Positions 11,101-24,300 of a DNA stretch of 64,000 bases are shown one piece after another. A model generated the notes under the pieces. That model made no database searches, was not told where the DNA came from, and worked only from the letters and a program-made list of their open reading frames with translations. Position 1 is the stretch's first letter. Each line of letters begins with the position of its first letter. Origin of the DNA: Podarcis muralis (taxonomy: Eukaryota); NCBI RefSeq assembly GCF_964188315.1, contig NC_135657.1, positions 23,250,001 to 23,314,000 on the forward strand, in the 5' to 3' direction. Both the position numbers and the translations under genes were made by a program.

Positions 11101-13773
11101 GAGCTGTATCTGTGTGCTGGAAGACACTTTCCTATTCTAAAATATACCTCTTTCATTTCAGAGCAATAGTAAAATCCAACATTGATGAGATGTATTTTTC
11201 CCCCCTATAGAAAAACTTCTCATTTTGACATAAGATGAATATGCAAACAGGTGAAAGTGTGGAAGGAATGCATTGTGAAAACAAAAGCTCAATTCAGATG
11301 AAAACAAGGGAGAAGTGGTAAAACAATGCAGAAAACAGCAATAAAAATGTTTCCTTTCCAAGGAAATGTTCAATAAGCAAAACAACATTGTTAATTTACT
11401 TCGCTTGAATGAAGTCTCCTTCTCAACTCTGCAAGAAGCAGAAACCTTCCTCTTTGGTTGTGAAAAATAAGTTCTGAATCATGTTTATCTGGTGAGATAA
11501 ATTGAGGACCGTAGACCTACAGCTCTGCCTGGTGGTGAATCACATCTGGTTAGGGCAAAATTACAGACTAGGCATTTGCTGCTGAAAACAGCACCCCTTG
11601 GTCTCTCTTACGCAGTAGTGTGTGCTCTCAACTTTATCACATCTTGACATCATTTTACCCCAGCCAATGATTTGGACTTCGGGAATGGGGAGACAAAGCA
11701 GATGTCAAAACAGTGGTCCTACACATTACAAGGGAAACAAGGATGGATCCAACATTGGGATGCCATTGTTGGCTGCAGCCCTATGTCTCTTTCAGCTCCA
11801 TCCTTGCATAAGTCAATTGCCTATGGTTGCACTGATATCACTGGCTTTGTCATGGCTAATATGCATTTAGGACAGCTTATAATTGAGTCCTCCTTAAGTT
11901 AGTCCCAACAGAAACCTCATTTACACTGAAGTCTCCCTATAAAAGTTTTTTTGTGCATGACCGCTATGCTGCCCCAGTGCAATGCTGCCATGAACTGGGA
12001 TGCTGCACCTTTAAACAAGCCTTTGCTTTCAAACCTGTGACCCCTTCATTATTTCACTATCTATGCACCATATTGGTTCACGTTATGGCAAAAATATGGT
12101 TCATGTTTTATGAGACTGGGCGCCTGTTTTCCACCAGATACATTAAATGTGGAGAGGTTAAAGGAAGCATGTATGATAGCACACAAAGCTATAATTGGGT
12201 CAATGTCTGCGTTTGACACCTCCTTTATTATTCAGTAGGTACTAAGCTTTCTATAAACTTACAGTATTTTCTTTGTTCTTTGGTGACAAGTAAGACAAAT
12301 GAAAATAAAGTTTTCTTTAAATAAAATAACACAAAGGGGCTATAGACAGAAATGTGTTTATTGCAAAAGAAACAAACAAACGAAAAAAAGACGACAGAAA
12401 GTGGTTGGAATAATGGCACATTGAACTAAGAATTTAGAAACATCTTACATTCTGCCCTAATGGCAGCACAGTTAATAAGGACAAACGGTCTTCTTGCAGC
12501 TCGCTTCAACTGTAGAGTGTTTCTGCAGACCTGGCGGGCAAGTTTAGTCAAGTATGTCGTATGGAGGAAGAACGACTGGCGTGTCTTCACGGCAGATTTT
12601 GGACTGCCTGTGTTCCGGACTGGTATTCCCTGCGTTGCTTGTCGAGACATGTGTGTTCTAACACATGCTTCCTGTAAGGGGGGGGGGGGGAGAATCAAAA
12701 TGCAAACTAAAAGTCTTACTTCTGAGATCTTCCCTTTCATTAATGTACTGTTTTCTTATATGTGGCTATAATATAAAAATCAAAACCCAGTGCCCGAATT
12801 CACTCTTGCCCTCTCCCCTTACCCAATAACCAACTTTGGAACACAGAAACATGGCTTATTCTGAGTCAGGCCATTGGTCCATCCAGGGGGTAGCACATTG
12901 ACTGGCAATGGCTCTCCAGGATTTCAGACATGGGGCATTTTTGCCCCCATTGGAGATGCTGAGGCCAGAACTTGCTGCATGGAAAGCAATGCTCTTACAC
13001 TGAGTTATGTCCTTCCCCTAACTTTACAAAATCCAAGCTAGGGAAGAATTCCAATCTCCTCTCCCTCCGTCCCCACAAGTGCTCCTCACCTACTGAATTG
13101 CAACACAGTAAACCTTGGGAATCCTACATTTCCCATCAGCCTCCTGGCTCCTCTTCCCTCTCACCATCACTGTTTCTCCCAAATTATCACCACTTGGCAA
13201 GGAAGGAAAGGGAAAGTGGGGGGTTAGAGTTGGCTGGGCAGTGTTTGGGCAGTGAGGAGTGATGAGACAAGGGTCATTTTCCTTAGCACAGGATCAGGTC
13301 AAAAAAATGATCCATGCTTCTTTTCAATTTAATCTGAGATGAACAAGGGAAAACTTGCCCATTTGAGAACGGATTAAGTTCCCATAGTGGGAAAACACCC
13401 GAACACACACTCTACAAAGAACTCCTTTCCAGTCTTCGAAGCACAAACACCTTTTCAAAATGCATTGTATAAAGGTGTGTAATTCATACAATGGTTTCTC
13501 TGACCAGGGTAACCCAAGGTAGTCCAACACAACTTTCCAATTAAACAGGAAATATGGAAAGGAGTTAAATTTCCACAATAAAACACAGTGGATAATGTAA
13601 CAATTAATTGTGAATTATAATTATGAAATTATTCCTAATCATATAATGAAATTTTAAAAATCAGCACTACAGAAGCACATGCAACAGGGAGCAGACCCCA
13701 CTGAACATGATGGGACTTACTCCAAGTAAACGTTAAAAGGACTGGGTTGCACATATTTATTATTATTATTATT

Positions 13774-13808
<35 letters not shown>

Positions 13809-14477
13809 CTACAGTATAATGAAATCCTACCTCTGTGGTTTGAGTAGGAGAAAATCTGTCTTCATTTGTTAGTGTTGGCATTTTCAGGCCACCATATTTC
13901 TTCCAATAAATCCAACACGGTGCACATAACCTGCACTGCATGTTGGGTGGACCCCAAGAATACCACTGATGAGACTGTGTGACTAAAAGAAGAAAATAAA
14001 ATTATGTTGATCCATTCAGCATAAAATACTTATCTGCACACGTAAACACACACACACACACATCTATTTATTATAGATGTATACTGCAACAACAAATGCC
14101 ACACATTTGAATAAGAAGCTTTATATATTTTATTCATTTTAACAGTTTGAAAATTCAGGGCATTCACCGAATTCTCAGAGCGACACAACTGCTTATTCAC
14201 TAAGATAAACTTAGCTAAGGGGGCCCACCAGGGACACCATAAACCACCCATTTCTATTGCTTGCCAGTCTGTGCAAAAACGGGGGGTGTTGTAAACACCT
14301 GGTAAACCTCAATATTCAGCTGTTTAGGTTGGTGGTATGCAATCATGCAGGCTTGCTAAAAGAAAAGCACTGATGTTAGTATAGAATTTATGTAAGCACT
14401 ACTCCAGAGCCCTACATGCATGATGCTCTCATGTGAGTACACACGGAGCTATTTAATTGCTTAACATCATGGCATGA

Positions 14478-14517
<40 letters not shown>

Positions 14518-15390
14518 GTGACCATTCTACTTACCATAGCAGCTTTCACAAGCACGGCCTATTAGTGCATTCTGGGCCTGGTGAGGTGCTCCAACCGCTC
14601 CGTTCACGGCACTTGGTTTCCCGTTACTGCTGGATATCTGACTGGGATTTGGTTTGTTGCTTTAAAGTGATCACAAACACACACACACACAAGCACATTA
14701 ACAACATAAGTTAAATGACAGAATCCTCTGTGGTTACCCACATCATTAGCGAGAACGCTACTAACTTCTCAAATACTTTATGCGGAAATGAAAGCAAAAA
14801 ATATTTTGAGAGCTCACAATGTTCTCAAAGGCTTGAAATCCGCCACATGTGCCACTACTGAACTCAGTTTATTACATCCAGGTCCTGTGTGTACTTGCAT
14901 ATAAATGCTGCACGCGCCACTAGGAAGCTAACTGTCTTCCTCAAAGCAGCAGCTAGCAGTAATGAGAACCAAAGGCAGCCTGCAGCACCTAGCAATCCAT
15001 TCTTCGGTCCAGGGTCACTAAATGAGAATTCCTGTGCTTGGCGTTAAAACTTTGTGCAAAAAGCACATATGACTAATCAAATACTGGGGGTCAAACAGAT
15101 CTCTGTTTTAGTCATGATTCTCTAAGAAACAATTCCAATTAATAATATTAATATAATATAATATAATATAATATAATATAATATAATATAATTATAATAT
15201 AATATAATAAATATAATATACTGTGTTAAGATATATACCGTATTTTGGGGGGTATAAGATGCCCCCGTGTATAAGACACCCCCTATTTTTTGGGACTCAA
15301 AATTAATAAAATGTGCTATGCACTATCCGTGTATAAGACGACCCCTTCAAAAATTTAGGAAAAAATATAGTCTTATGCACGGGAAAATAC

Positions 15391-15435
<45 letters not shown>

Positions 15436-17459
15436 AGCTAACCAGAACGTTTTCGCTATAGAATATTATTAGGAATTATTGTTACACTTAGTGTTCAATT
15501 AGCAAAAGATTACATCTGGGATTCTTAATGCTGCTCGCTTCCCGTATTTATTCCTCTCGGGTCAAATAAACTCCTGGAATCTTACTTATGCACTTTTCCC
15601 TTTAATGCAAAATCTTAACAAAGATATGAATACAAATGCTGAAAGACTGATAACACAATCTCTTATGCAGCATCAACACATAGCAGCTACCAAATCATTC
15701 TCAGAAATGCGTCTGAATGGCGGGCCAGAGGTTCCCTGTCCCTGCTTTAGAGAATTCTGCTTTCTTATGGTGCATACTCTTGCAGCTAGCCCGGATTCAG
15801 AGTCTACCAATATATTGGAGTTAATCATACCCCCGACTGCGTCCCTGCAAGCAATATATGCACAGCATTCTAACAATCATTGTAGCAAGGTAAAAATGCA
15901 AAAACAGGGTGGCTGCTTCTGCTTCCAATGCCTGAAGCTTTTGAGCATGTGAAAGTCTCTGAGACATAATCACAGTTCTACTTAGACTTTGATTAGATTT
16001 TGAGTCCTGTTTCAGATTTTTTTTTATCAGTTCATTAGCCATCTTCGTTATTTTTTTTAGGAAGGTGAGATGGAACTGCTGAAAACAAACAAATAAATCT
16101 ATGGCATGGAAGATCCGTCCAGAAGGTCTGCAAAGATCCAGCTGGGTGAGTATTTGTACAGAAATTGGGGGGGGGGGCGGCGAGGCAGAGACTCTGTGCC
16201 TCACTTGATAAATGCATCTGGTAGTGGGGCGCTCCCCCAAAACTATGACATCAGCATCAGAAGGAACATTTGCAAAAATCACTTTTATAGCCTACCAAAC
16301 ACAAGGATGTAAAATTTTGTCCAATACAAAAGCGCCTCTTAAAGTTGTTGCAGGTACACTTAACAATATTGCCTAATGTAAGTCACCTGTTCATACTGAG
16401 GAAATAGTCTCAGATTGTAAACATACACCTTATTTCTCAGGCATGAGTACCATTAACATGGAGCCCTACACATATTTTGTATTCAGTGTTCAGTCAGGCG
16501 TAATCCCAGGTAAGCGTGGATAGGATTGCTGCTGAAGAGGTCTGTGATTTTTGCATTAGCACTGCTACGTAAGGAAATAATTTGAAAACTGTTTTTTTAA
16601 AAGCCTGCATGGGCATAACTGGACCTTACTAGGCTATGAAAAATCTTCAAAGCAATATAGGTTTTATGGATGCTGCTTCTTCGCTTGTCCAATAAAAACA
16701 AGGATTTGTTCTCTACACATTTCACATTATTATTATATTATTATTCTTTCAAAGGAAGCATTAATATTTGTGATACTTACTAGGTTGGTATGTAAACTTG
16801 TTTCAATTTGCTTTCTGCTTCAGCAGCTTTTAGGCGTTTCTATTAGAAAAGATGGAAGAAATTTAGTATCTCACAGAACTACAACATTTCAGTTCCTGTC
16901 AGGCGACCAGATGGACTTTCTCGGTCTTTACGATCCAGCCCAGAGGCCCCAGATCCAGGTTCCCCTACTTCTGGTGGTTGGATGGGTGGTGACAGGTAAG
17001 GGCTTTACAACTTGCGGCAGGCTTCGCTAACCTGGTGCCCTCCAGGAGTTTTGTACTACAAAACCCATCACTGGGGCTGATGGGTATTGTGGTCAAAAAC
17101 ATCTGGAAGGTACCATGTTGGTGAAGGCTGCCTTATGGAATGCCCTTGCCAGGGATATTCATGTGGCATCAAGTTAAACCTGCCCTCTCAATACAGGGAT
17201 AAGTAAAGACTCAACGTTGATCTCACATTTATTTAAACACAGGATTCCCCTGAAGGTTGTTCAACTTCAGGATGACCTTAACTCGGCAGTTGTTACAATG
17301 CTGGTTGATTTTTAAATACTTGTTTCTAAGTGTTACAATGTCATCCTCAAAAACTGATTTGTTAAACATATATCTATATATATATCCTAAAATAAAGGAG
17401 AGTAATTCATGACACTTTGTAATAGCTAAATCAAATGGGCAGCTTGCTGGAAGGTGTGA

Positions 17460-17496
<37 letters not shown>

Positions 17497-18133
17497 CTGC
17501 AAAGCTAAGCTGTGCACAAGCGCCTGTTTCTAGCGCTCACATGCTTTTCCCACAATGCCAATGACTATGTATATGACAACAATATGGACCAACCTTCTCC
17601 TAAATTACTTACTACTTGGATAAATTAACACCAAAATGACTGTCATCAATAGGGTGACACTGATTTGTTACAACAACTCTGCCCTGGGCTCTGCTGAAAC
17701 ACACACAGCCCCGAGTTGAAACAGCAAGCGATGGACGTATTCCCAAATAATGGGAACCAATTGAGGAAAATAAGGTATAAAGTTAAGACCAAGTATTGAG
17801 TTAGAAAAAAGAATTGTTACTGGAGGGGCAATGACGCTGTTGAGTCTTTATTTACAACAACCATTGTGGAATCATACTGTATTAATTAGCTTTTTTAAAA
17901 AATCAGACAAATCAACTGCCTCTTCCCTTCTCTTTCTTCAAGTATCTGCTTCTGTTCAAGTTTGAGCACAAATAGCTCTCCTGTTCAGGAAATGGCTGCG
18001 CTGGATCCAAGCCAAAGTATCTAAATATACGTAATTCCTGGATTTCTTCATCATGTTTAATTATATCCTTCAAAGAAATGAAAGGTCACTTCAAATGCTG
18101 TTAACTTCCTACACAGAGAAATTCCAGGAATTA

Positions 18134-18191
<58 letters not shown>

Positions 18192-21100
18192 TGTGTCACT
18201 GTCGAGTTGTGTGTGAGATCATCACACATGATAATCTGATCTATGGCTACGTGCCAATCCTCACTCAGATGTGTCTTCCATGTGGGTATTTTGACATGTT
18301 TAAAGCCTCCCTAAATTAGATTACCACTGAGATTTAGCTTTCTAAATCCCATTTTCTGGAATCTATACAATATCTGTTTACTGGGCAATCCTCCTGGGTT
18401 GGGGCAGAGAGAACCAAACGTAATCACACTGCAAAATCCAAAGCCCTTTTGAGACCACAATGGGGCAGGCAGGGGGGGGGGGGTTCTGGGTCATTACCCC
18501 CCGACCCAACCTGTTTCTTGTATTGCTTCCATTGGAAACAATTGAAGGAATATGGCATAAGAGATCCTCAAGGTGAATGGAAGCCACTCCTGCCACACAC
18601 ACCCCTTGCCAACCAGAGAAAGGCAAGAGCTTCAGTGAGAAGGGGCCCTGTGAGGTCAGATCTCCTTCTCCCAGAGCAGACCACTCTCAGAGAGAGGTCC
18701 AAAAGCAACCCAGGTGCTACAGAACTTCACGTTCATTTACTTGGCCAACCCAGGGCAAAGTATAAAAAAATTACCTGCTGGATGTATCTGTCTGTAGTTT
18801 TCCACATATAATAATATTCAATGATGCTAGTCAGAGACTTCCAAGGAAGCTGAAAAACGAAACGAAAACAAAAATACTTAATTACAATGTCTGGTAAACT
18901 TCACATTTTAACTGCAATGTTGCAGCAAACTCAGCACGATGTAATTTAGACCCAGGAAAAAAGACTTTTTATAAATCTCACTGCAATTTAGAGGTCAAGG
19001 AAGCATAGTCTACGTTAGCAAAGGTAATAAGAGGGGTGGGCTCGCAATATGTTGTTGTTGTTTTTTGACTACAACTTCCATAATCCCTGACCACCGGTCT
19101 TGCTGGTTGGGGGCTGATAGGAGCTGAAGTCTAACAACATTTGGAGGCCCAGAGGTTTGCCACCCGTAATAAAATTACCTGCTTCTCTCTGGGAAATGGG
19201 TAAGGAAACACACTCAAGAGTTTGGTTAGACAAATTCTGGTGGCTTAGGATCTGGGAAAGTCACTGGGCTTTTGTACTAGTCCTTAGAGCAGGGGTCAGC
19301 AAACTTTTTCAGCAGGGGGCCGTTCCACTGTCCCTCAGACCTTGTGGGGGGCCGGACTATTATTTTTTTTTTGGGGGGGGGGAATGAACGAATTCCTATG
19401 TCCCACAAATAACCCAGAGATTCACTTTATGTAAAATTCATTCATGTAAAATGTGGGCCTTAGTTTGCCTACCCATGCCTTAGAGTAGCGGTTCTCAACC
19501 TGTGGGTCCCCAGATGTTGTTGGACTACAACTCCCATCATCCCTGAGCTCTGGCCTTGCTAGCTAGGGGTGATGGGAGTTGTAGTTCAACAACATCTGGG
19601 GACCCACAGGTTGAGAAAGGCCTTAAATATTCCATTAAAATCTATTTAAGAAATAATTAAAATCTTAAGAAGACATGGATTCTTCTATTAAGGACCTTTT
19701 CAAATGCTGGCATCAGTTTGATACTTTTAAGTTTGTTTGTGTTGCCACTGTTTATAAATTGTACTGTCTGGGGTTGGGGTTTTTTAGTCTCCATGGGTAG
19801 GAGAAGAGGACTAGGAACAAGGGACTCAAAGACCCTCAGAGTCCGTTCTAGCCCTACAACTCTATGTTTCTATGAAGCTGCCTTATATCAAGTCAAACCA
19901 TTGTTCCTTTGAACTCAGTATTTTCAAGGCTGACTCTCCAGGTTTTTGGCTGTCTTATCTGGTGATGCTACGGATTGAAACTCAGACCTTTTGCATGCAT
20001 GCTATGGACTCTACCACTGCACCGTGAACCTTTGAGACAAAGCAACACAGTGCTTTCATTAAGTGTTTTGTTTTTTAAAAAGTGAGGGCTAGCCAGTAAA
20101 AATACTGTTAGCTTTCTACATGTCAGCTTCCTATATTATGAAGAAATCTTGGCACAAGTTGTTTTCAAGTTCGCACGCCTCCAGGAGAGAGGTATTACAA
20201 ACCTTACCTCCATCCCGTTTGTTCTACTCCAAGCCCTAAGTGTTACAAAAGTGATGGAACCCTTCTGCACTGAGCTTTTCACACATCGACACACAGTTAG
20301 TAGGAAGAGTGTGCCAAAATGAATCAGCTGTATGCCACTGTGGATCAACCCTCTTCCCTAAGAAGCAGGCATTCTGTTATCAAATGATTACTTAATGTCA
20401 CAACAGAATTAATTCGCAAGATCAGAGAAGCCAGAGGGGCAGCGATGGCAACTGCAGATGACATACCGAGCAAGACAGCATATCCTCAAAAACAGCACAT
20501 AGTTTTCATGAACTGATATATCATTACTTTAATTATTCTAGTTTTTGGTCCCTACCGGTAACACTGCATCTTAGCAGATAGCTAGTATTTACTTGTGCCA
20601 CATTAGCAGCAGGTCTTTGTACTTCCAGAGTTCTTTCAACTGCTCAGTAGGGTCAACCTCGGATAAAACAGCATGCTTTTTTTTATCTTGGTGCCTTGAA
20701 GATAAGATGTGTATATTCCAAACCTTTATTTTAATCCGGCAGGGATTAAATCACTTAAACTATAAAAATGATACATAAGATGAAACAGAGTACAATTTTT
20801 TTTTTTAAGTGGCGGACTTCTTTATTCCATGTTTAGAGAACTTTGTGGAGATCTCTGACCTTTCCAAGGTTGCAAACTATGTTCTTGAAGCTGACTTTGG
20901 GAACAACCCAAACTCAAGATCTGCAGGGATGAGCAAAGTCTGGAATAAGAGGATCTCTGTCTAAGCCAACTGAGGACCCTCAGCCCAGTTCAGTAGGAAA
21001 CAGGTAAAGGTAAAGGGACCCCTGGCCATTAGGTCCAGTTGCGGACGACTCTGGGGTTGCGGCGCTCATCTCGCTTTATTGGCCGAGGGAGCCGGCGTAC

Positions 21101-21280
21101 AGCTTCCGGGTCATGCGGCCAGCATGACTAAGCCGCTTCTGGAGAACCAGAGCAGCGCACAGAAACACCGTTTACCTATTTGTTTATTTGTTTTCTTAGT
21201 AAAGTTTCATGAGCCCACACCAGTATTAAGAAGAATTCAGAAAGACTTCACCTCATGTCCCATTCCAAACCACAAAAGAA

Positions 21281-21326
<46 letters not shown>

Positions 21327-24300
21327 TAGCCTAGATTCAGGTAGGTAGCTCTGTTTGTCTGACGCACTCAAAATATATTAAAAAATTGTCCAGTAGCACC
21401 TTAGTAAAGGTAAAGGGACCCCTGACCATTAGGTCCAGTCGTGACCGACTCTGGGGTTGCAGCGCTCATCTCGCTCAACTGGCCGAGGGAGCCGGCGCAC
21501 AGCTTCCGGGTCATGTGGCCAGCATGGCTAAGCCACTTCTGGCAAACCAGAGCTGCACATGGAAATGGCGTTTACCTTCCCGCCAGAGCGGTACCTATTT
21601 ATCTACTTTCACTTTGATGTGCTTTCGAACTGCTAGGTTGGCAGGAGCAGGGACCGAGCAACGGGAGCTCACCCTGTCGTGGGGATTTGAACCGCTGACC
21701 TTCTGATCAGCAAGTCCTAGGCTCTGTGGTTTAACCCACAGCAGTTGGAAATACAAGGGCATAAATACACCAACCTGACTCAGCTGGTGATGGCTAAGCT
21801 GAGTCAACGCCTAAAACAGGGGTGGAATAGTGAAGGAGGAGACATACCCCTATTCCAAACTCTGTTTGGACCTAACAATCCAGCAGAAGTTACACTGTCA
21901 AAAAGGGCAATGTAAGAAAAACTCTAGTTTTGAAGGCTTGGGCTGGCTCAGCAGGAAGCAGCTCTGTTCCGGAACAGAGTTTGGAATAGAGTAAGTTACA
22001 CCAGCATGCTTTACCCTATACTTTGGATTCTTTCCACCTTTGTTCTATTTCAACCGTGTTAACAACATCCATCAGTGTTTAAAATTGGGAACACAGAATG
22101 AACTTCATTAATATGTAAACACGGTTCATTGGACTTCAAGCTCTCGTGCCATTTATGTACCTTTTCAAACGGAAAAAAACTGCAAACACTTTCAAATCTA
22201 AACTTCTTTTCTTTTGCAAACTGCTAAAATTTTGTTTACCTCCAATTTGTGATAGTATTAGAGAATAATTTGACTCCTTCTATCAGGCTGAGAATGAGCC
22301 CTGCACACCCTCAGGGGCGTCTCCTTCTCCCCCTCCTTGTGCTCCTAGTGTTGGCCTGACTGGCTAAATTACAGCATCTTAAATTAGGATACTGCAGTTT
22401 AAATGCAGCTTGCAAGCTATGATACAAAACCTCTGATTTAATGGCAATCCTAGCAGCTACGATTAGGCAAACAGGTGCCAATTATTTTTTTAAGAACAGC
22501 CATTATTGTTAAATGATGCCACGAAGGGGGGGAAAGAGCACTCAGGTGCTTTTCGCTCAGTGAACTGTCTACATCAGGCATATTATTTACACTCCACATA
22601 TAAAGATGCCTTATAAAAGGCCAGTCCACTTGCCCAGTATTGTTTATTCTGCCTGATAGCAGCTCTCCAAGGTCTCCAGGCAGAGGACCTCACCAGCACT
22701 GCCACCTTTTTAATGCAGACTTAACAGGCTTTGAGCTGGGACCATTTGCATGCTCTACTACTGAAGTATGGGCCTTCCTCTGATATTTACATGCACACGT
22801 ATGGACTACTTGTAACCAAGGGAAGATGCCTGGGTGCCAGAATGGTGCCTGACATCTCCACCATCTGGAGCTGCATGCCTGGGGATCACTAGATCTGGAC
22901 TGTTTTCACACGCTAATACCTCATCCTGTAGAATTCTATCGGCTATATTTTATCTGCATAATCAGATAATGCAGGAACCAAAATGCTTTTTCTGTGCAGC
23001 CTGAGCAGGAGCAGGGAACAACGTCATAGTTGTTGCTTGTCTTCACTTAGCCCACCCCACTGCCCTGCTCACAGTTGTGAAGGATAGTCTTACGTTATGA
23101 ATGGTCCATGTCACCCTTAAGAAAAAGAGGTAGGACTAGTCCAATATATGTGTGTACTATCCCTGGATCAAGTGACTTTTCTTCTTTAAGTTCTCAAACT
23201 TCTTAACTTAGTTCAAGGTTGTCATCTGAACTAGCTGGATGTTTAACTGGATAATCAAACCTGTCACTCCATCATTTGAAAAATAGGGCTCTAAAGCCAT
23301 CTTGCCCAAGAATGGCAACTAGACAGTCTGTTTTGGCAACTGCCACCTTGGTTTAAGGAGCCATTTGGTGCCTAGCTTATACAACTGAGTTTCTAACACC
23401 AAAATCGAGCTGTCTGTGGAAAACAACTCAATGAGGGATAGAAAGGGGGTATACTTCTACTTACAAAGTCTTGTCGTATGTCGTTGAAGTCTTTGCCGTA
23501 TTTCTCTAGGGCTTCTTCAAACAAACTAGCCTCTGAAGCGGACCATTCTTCCATTTCATCTCTGCAAAGGACAGGCCCTCCAAGTGGAACCAGGACACTA
23601 ATAGCACTGCTCAGGTCATAGTTATGCTTATGCAATGTATCCATGGCATGAAACTGGACAAAAAACACAAAAGCAACCCACTAAATTCAATGGGCTCCAC
23701 AATTCTCTACATGCTAATTGCAGTAAACAAGAGCTGAGAACCCTCTCTCTTCTGTTGCGCTCTTCCCATGATACAGATTTTAATTCAACTGCAGTTTCTG
23801 CTTTCTGTTACCCTCATGCTTCCCTTTCTTGACTATGAAAATAGGCAAGAAACAGTGCAGTTAAGTGAGCAAACCTGAGTCTTGTAAGACCTGTTCAGAA
23901 GACCATCCAAGGTAGAGAAAAAAGCATCAAAGGTAGAGCAATACAATGAGACATGGTGGAGGGGAATGGGATCACGTTCGCACATCCCAAACACCCATGC
24001 ATCAATTGGGTCTTGTTTACAGCCTTTTGTGGGCACATATGCCTGCAGAGTCTGCACAGAGCACCTAATCTGTGTGGGTTTAGGACAAGTCAGTGTGATC
24101 CTATTTACCCCTTCGTGTGTTGATTAATCCTGAATTTTTATTGTCTGTACAATGCTGTAGAAACCTCCAGGAGAGTTCCTTAAACCTACGACTTAGTCCC
24201 ATCTTAAGGGAGGATGCCCGAAGCATGCAACGCATTTTAGAAATAATTTGAAAAGGGCATTAGGAACGAGGGAGGAACACAGAATTGTATGAAGCTGCCT

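Noticed and set aside
16889-16988. Exon-shaped segment on the plus strand (tttcag...ACAG|gtaagg), and a donor-like ctgg|gtgagt near 16146
   Set aside because: No recognisable peptide, no chain of compatible exons and no expression evidence; chance splice-like motifs are common.
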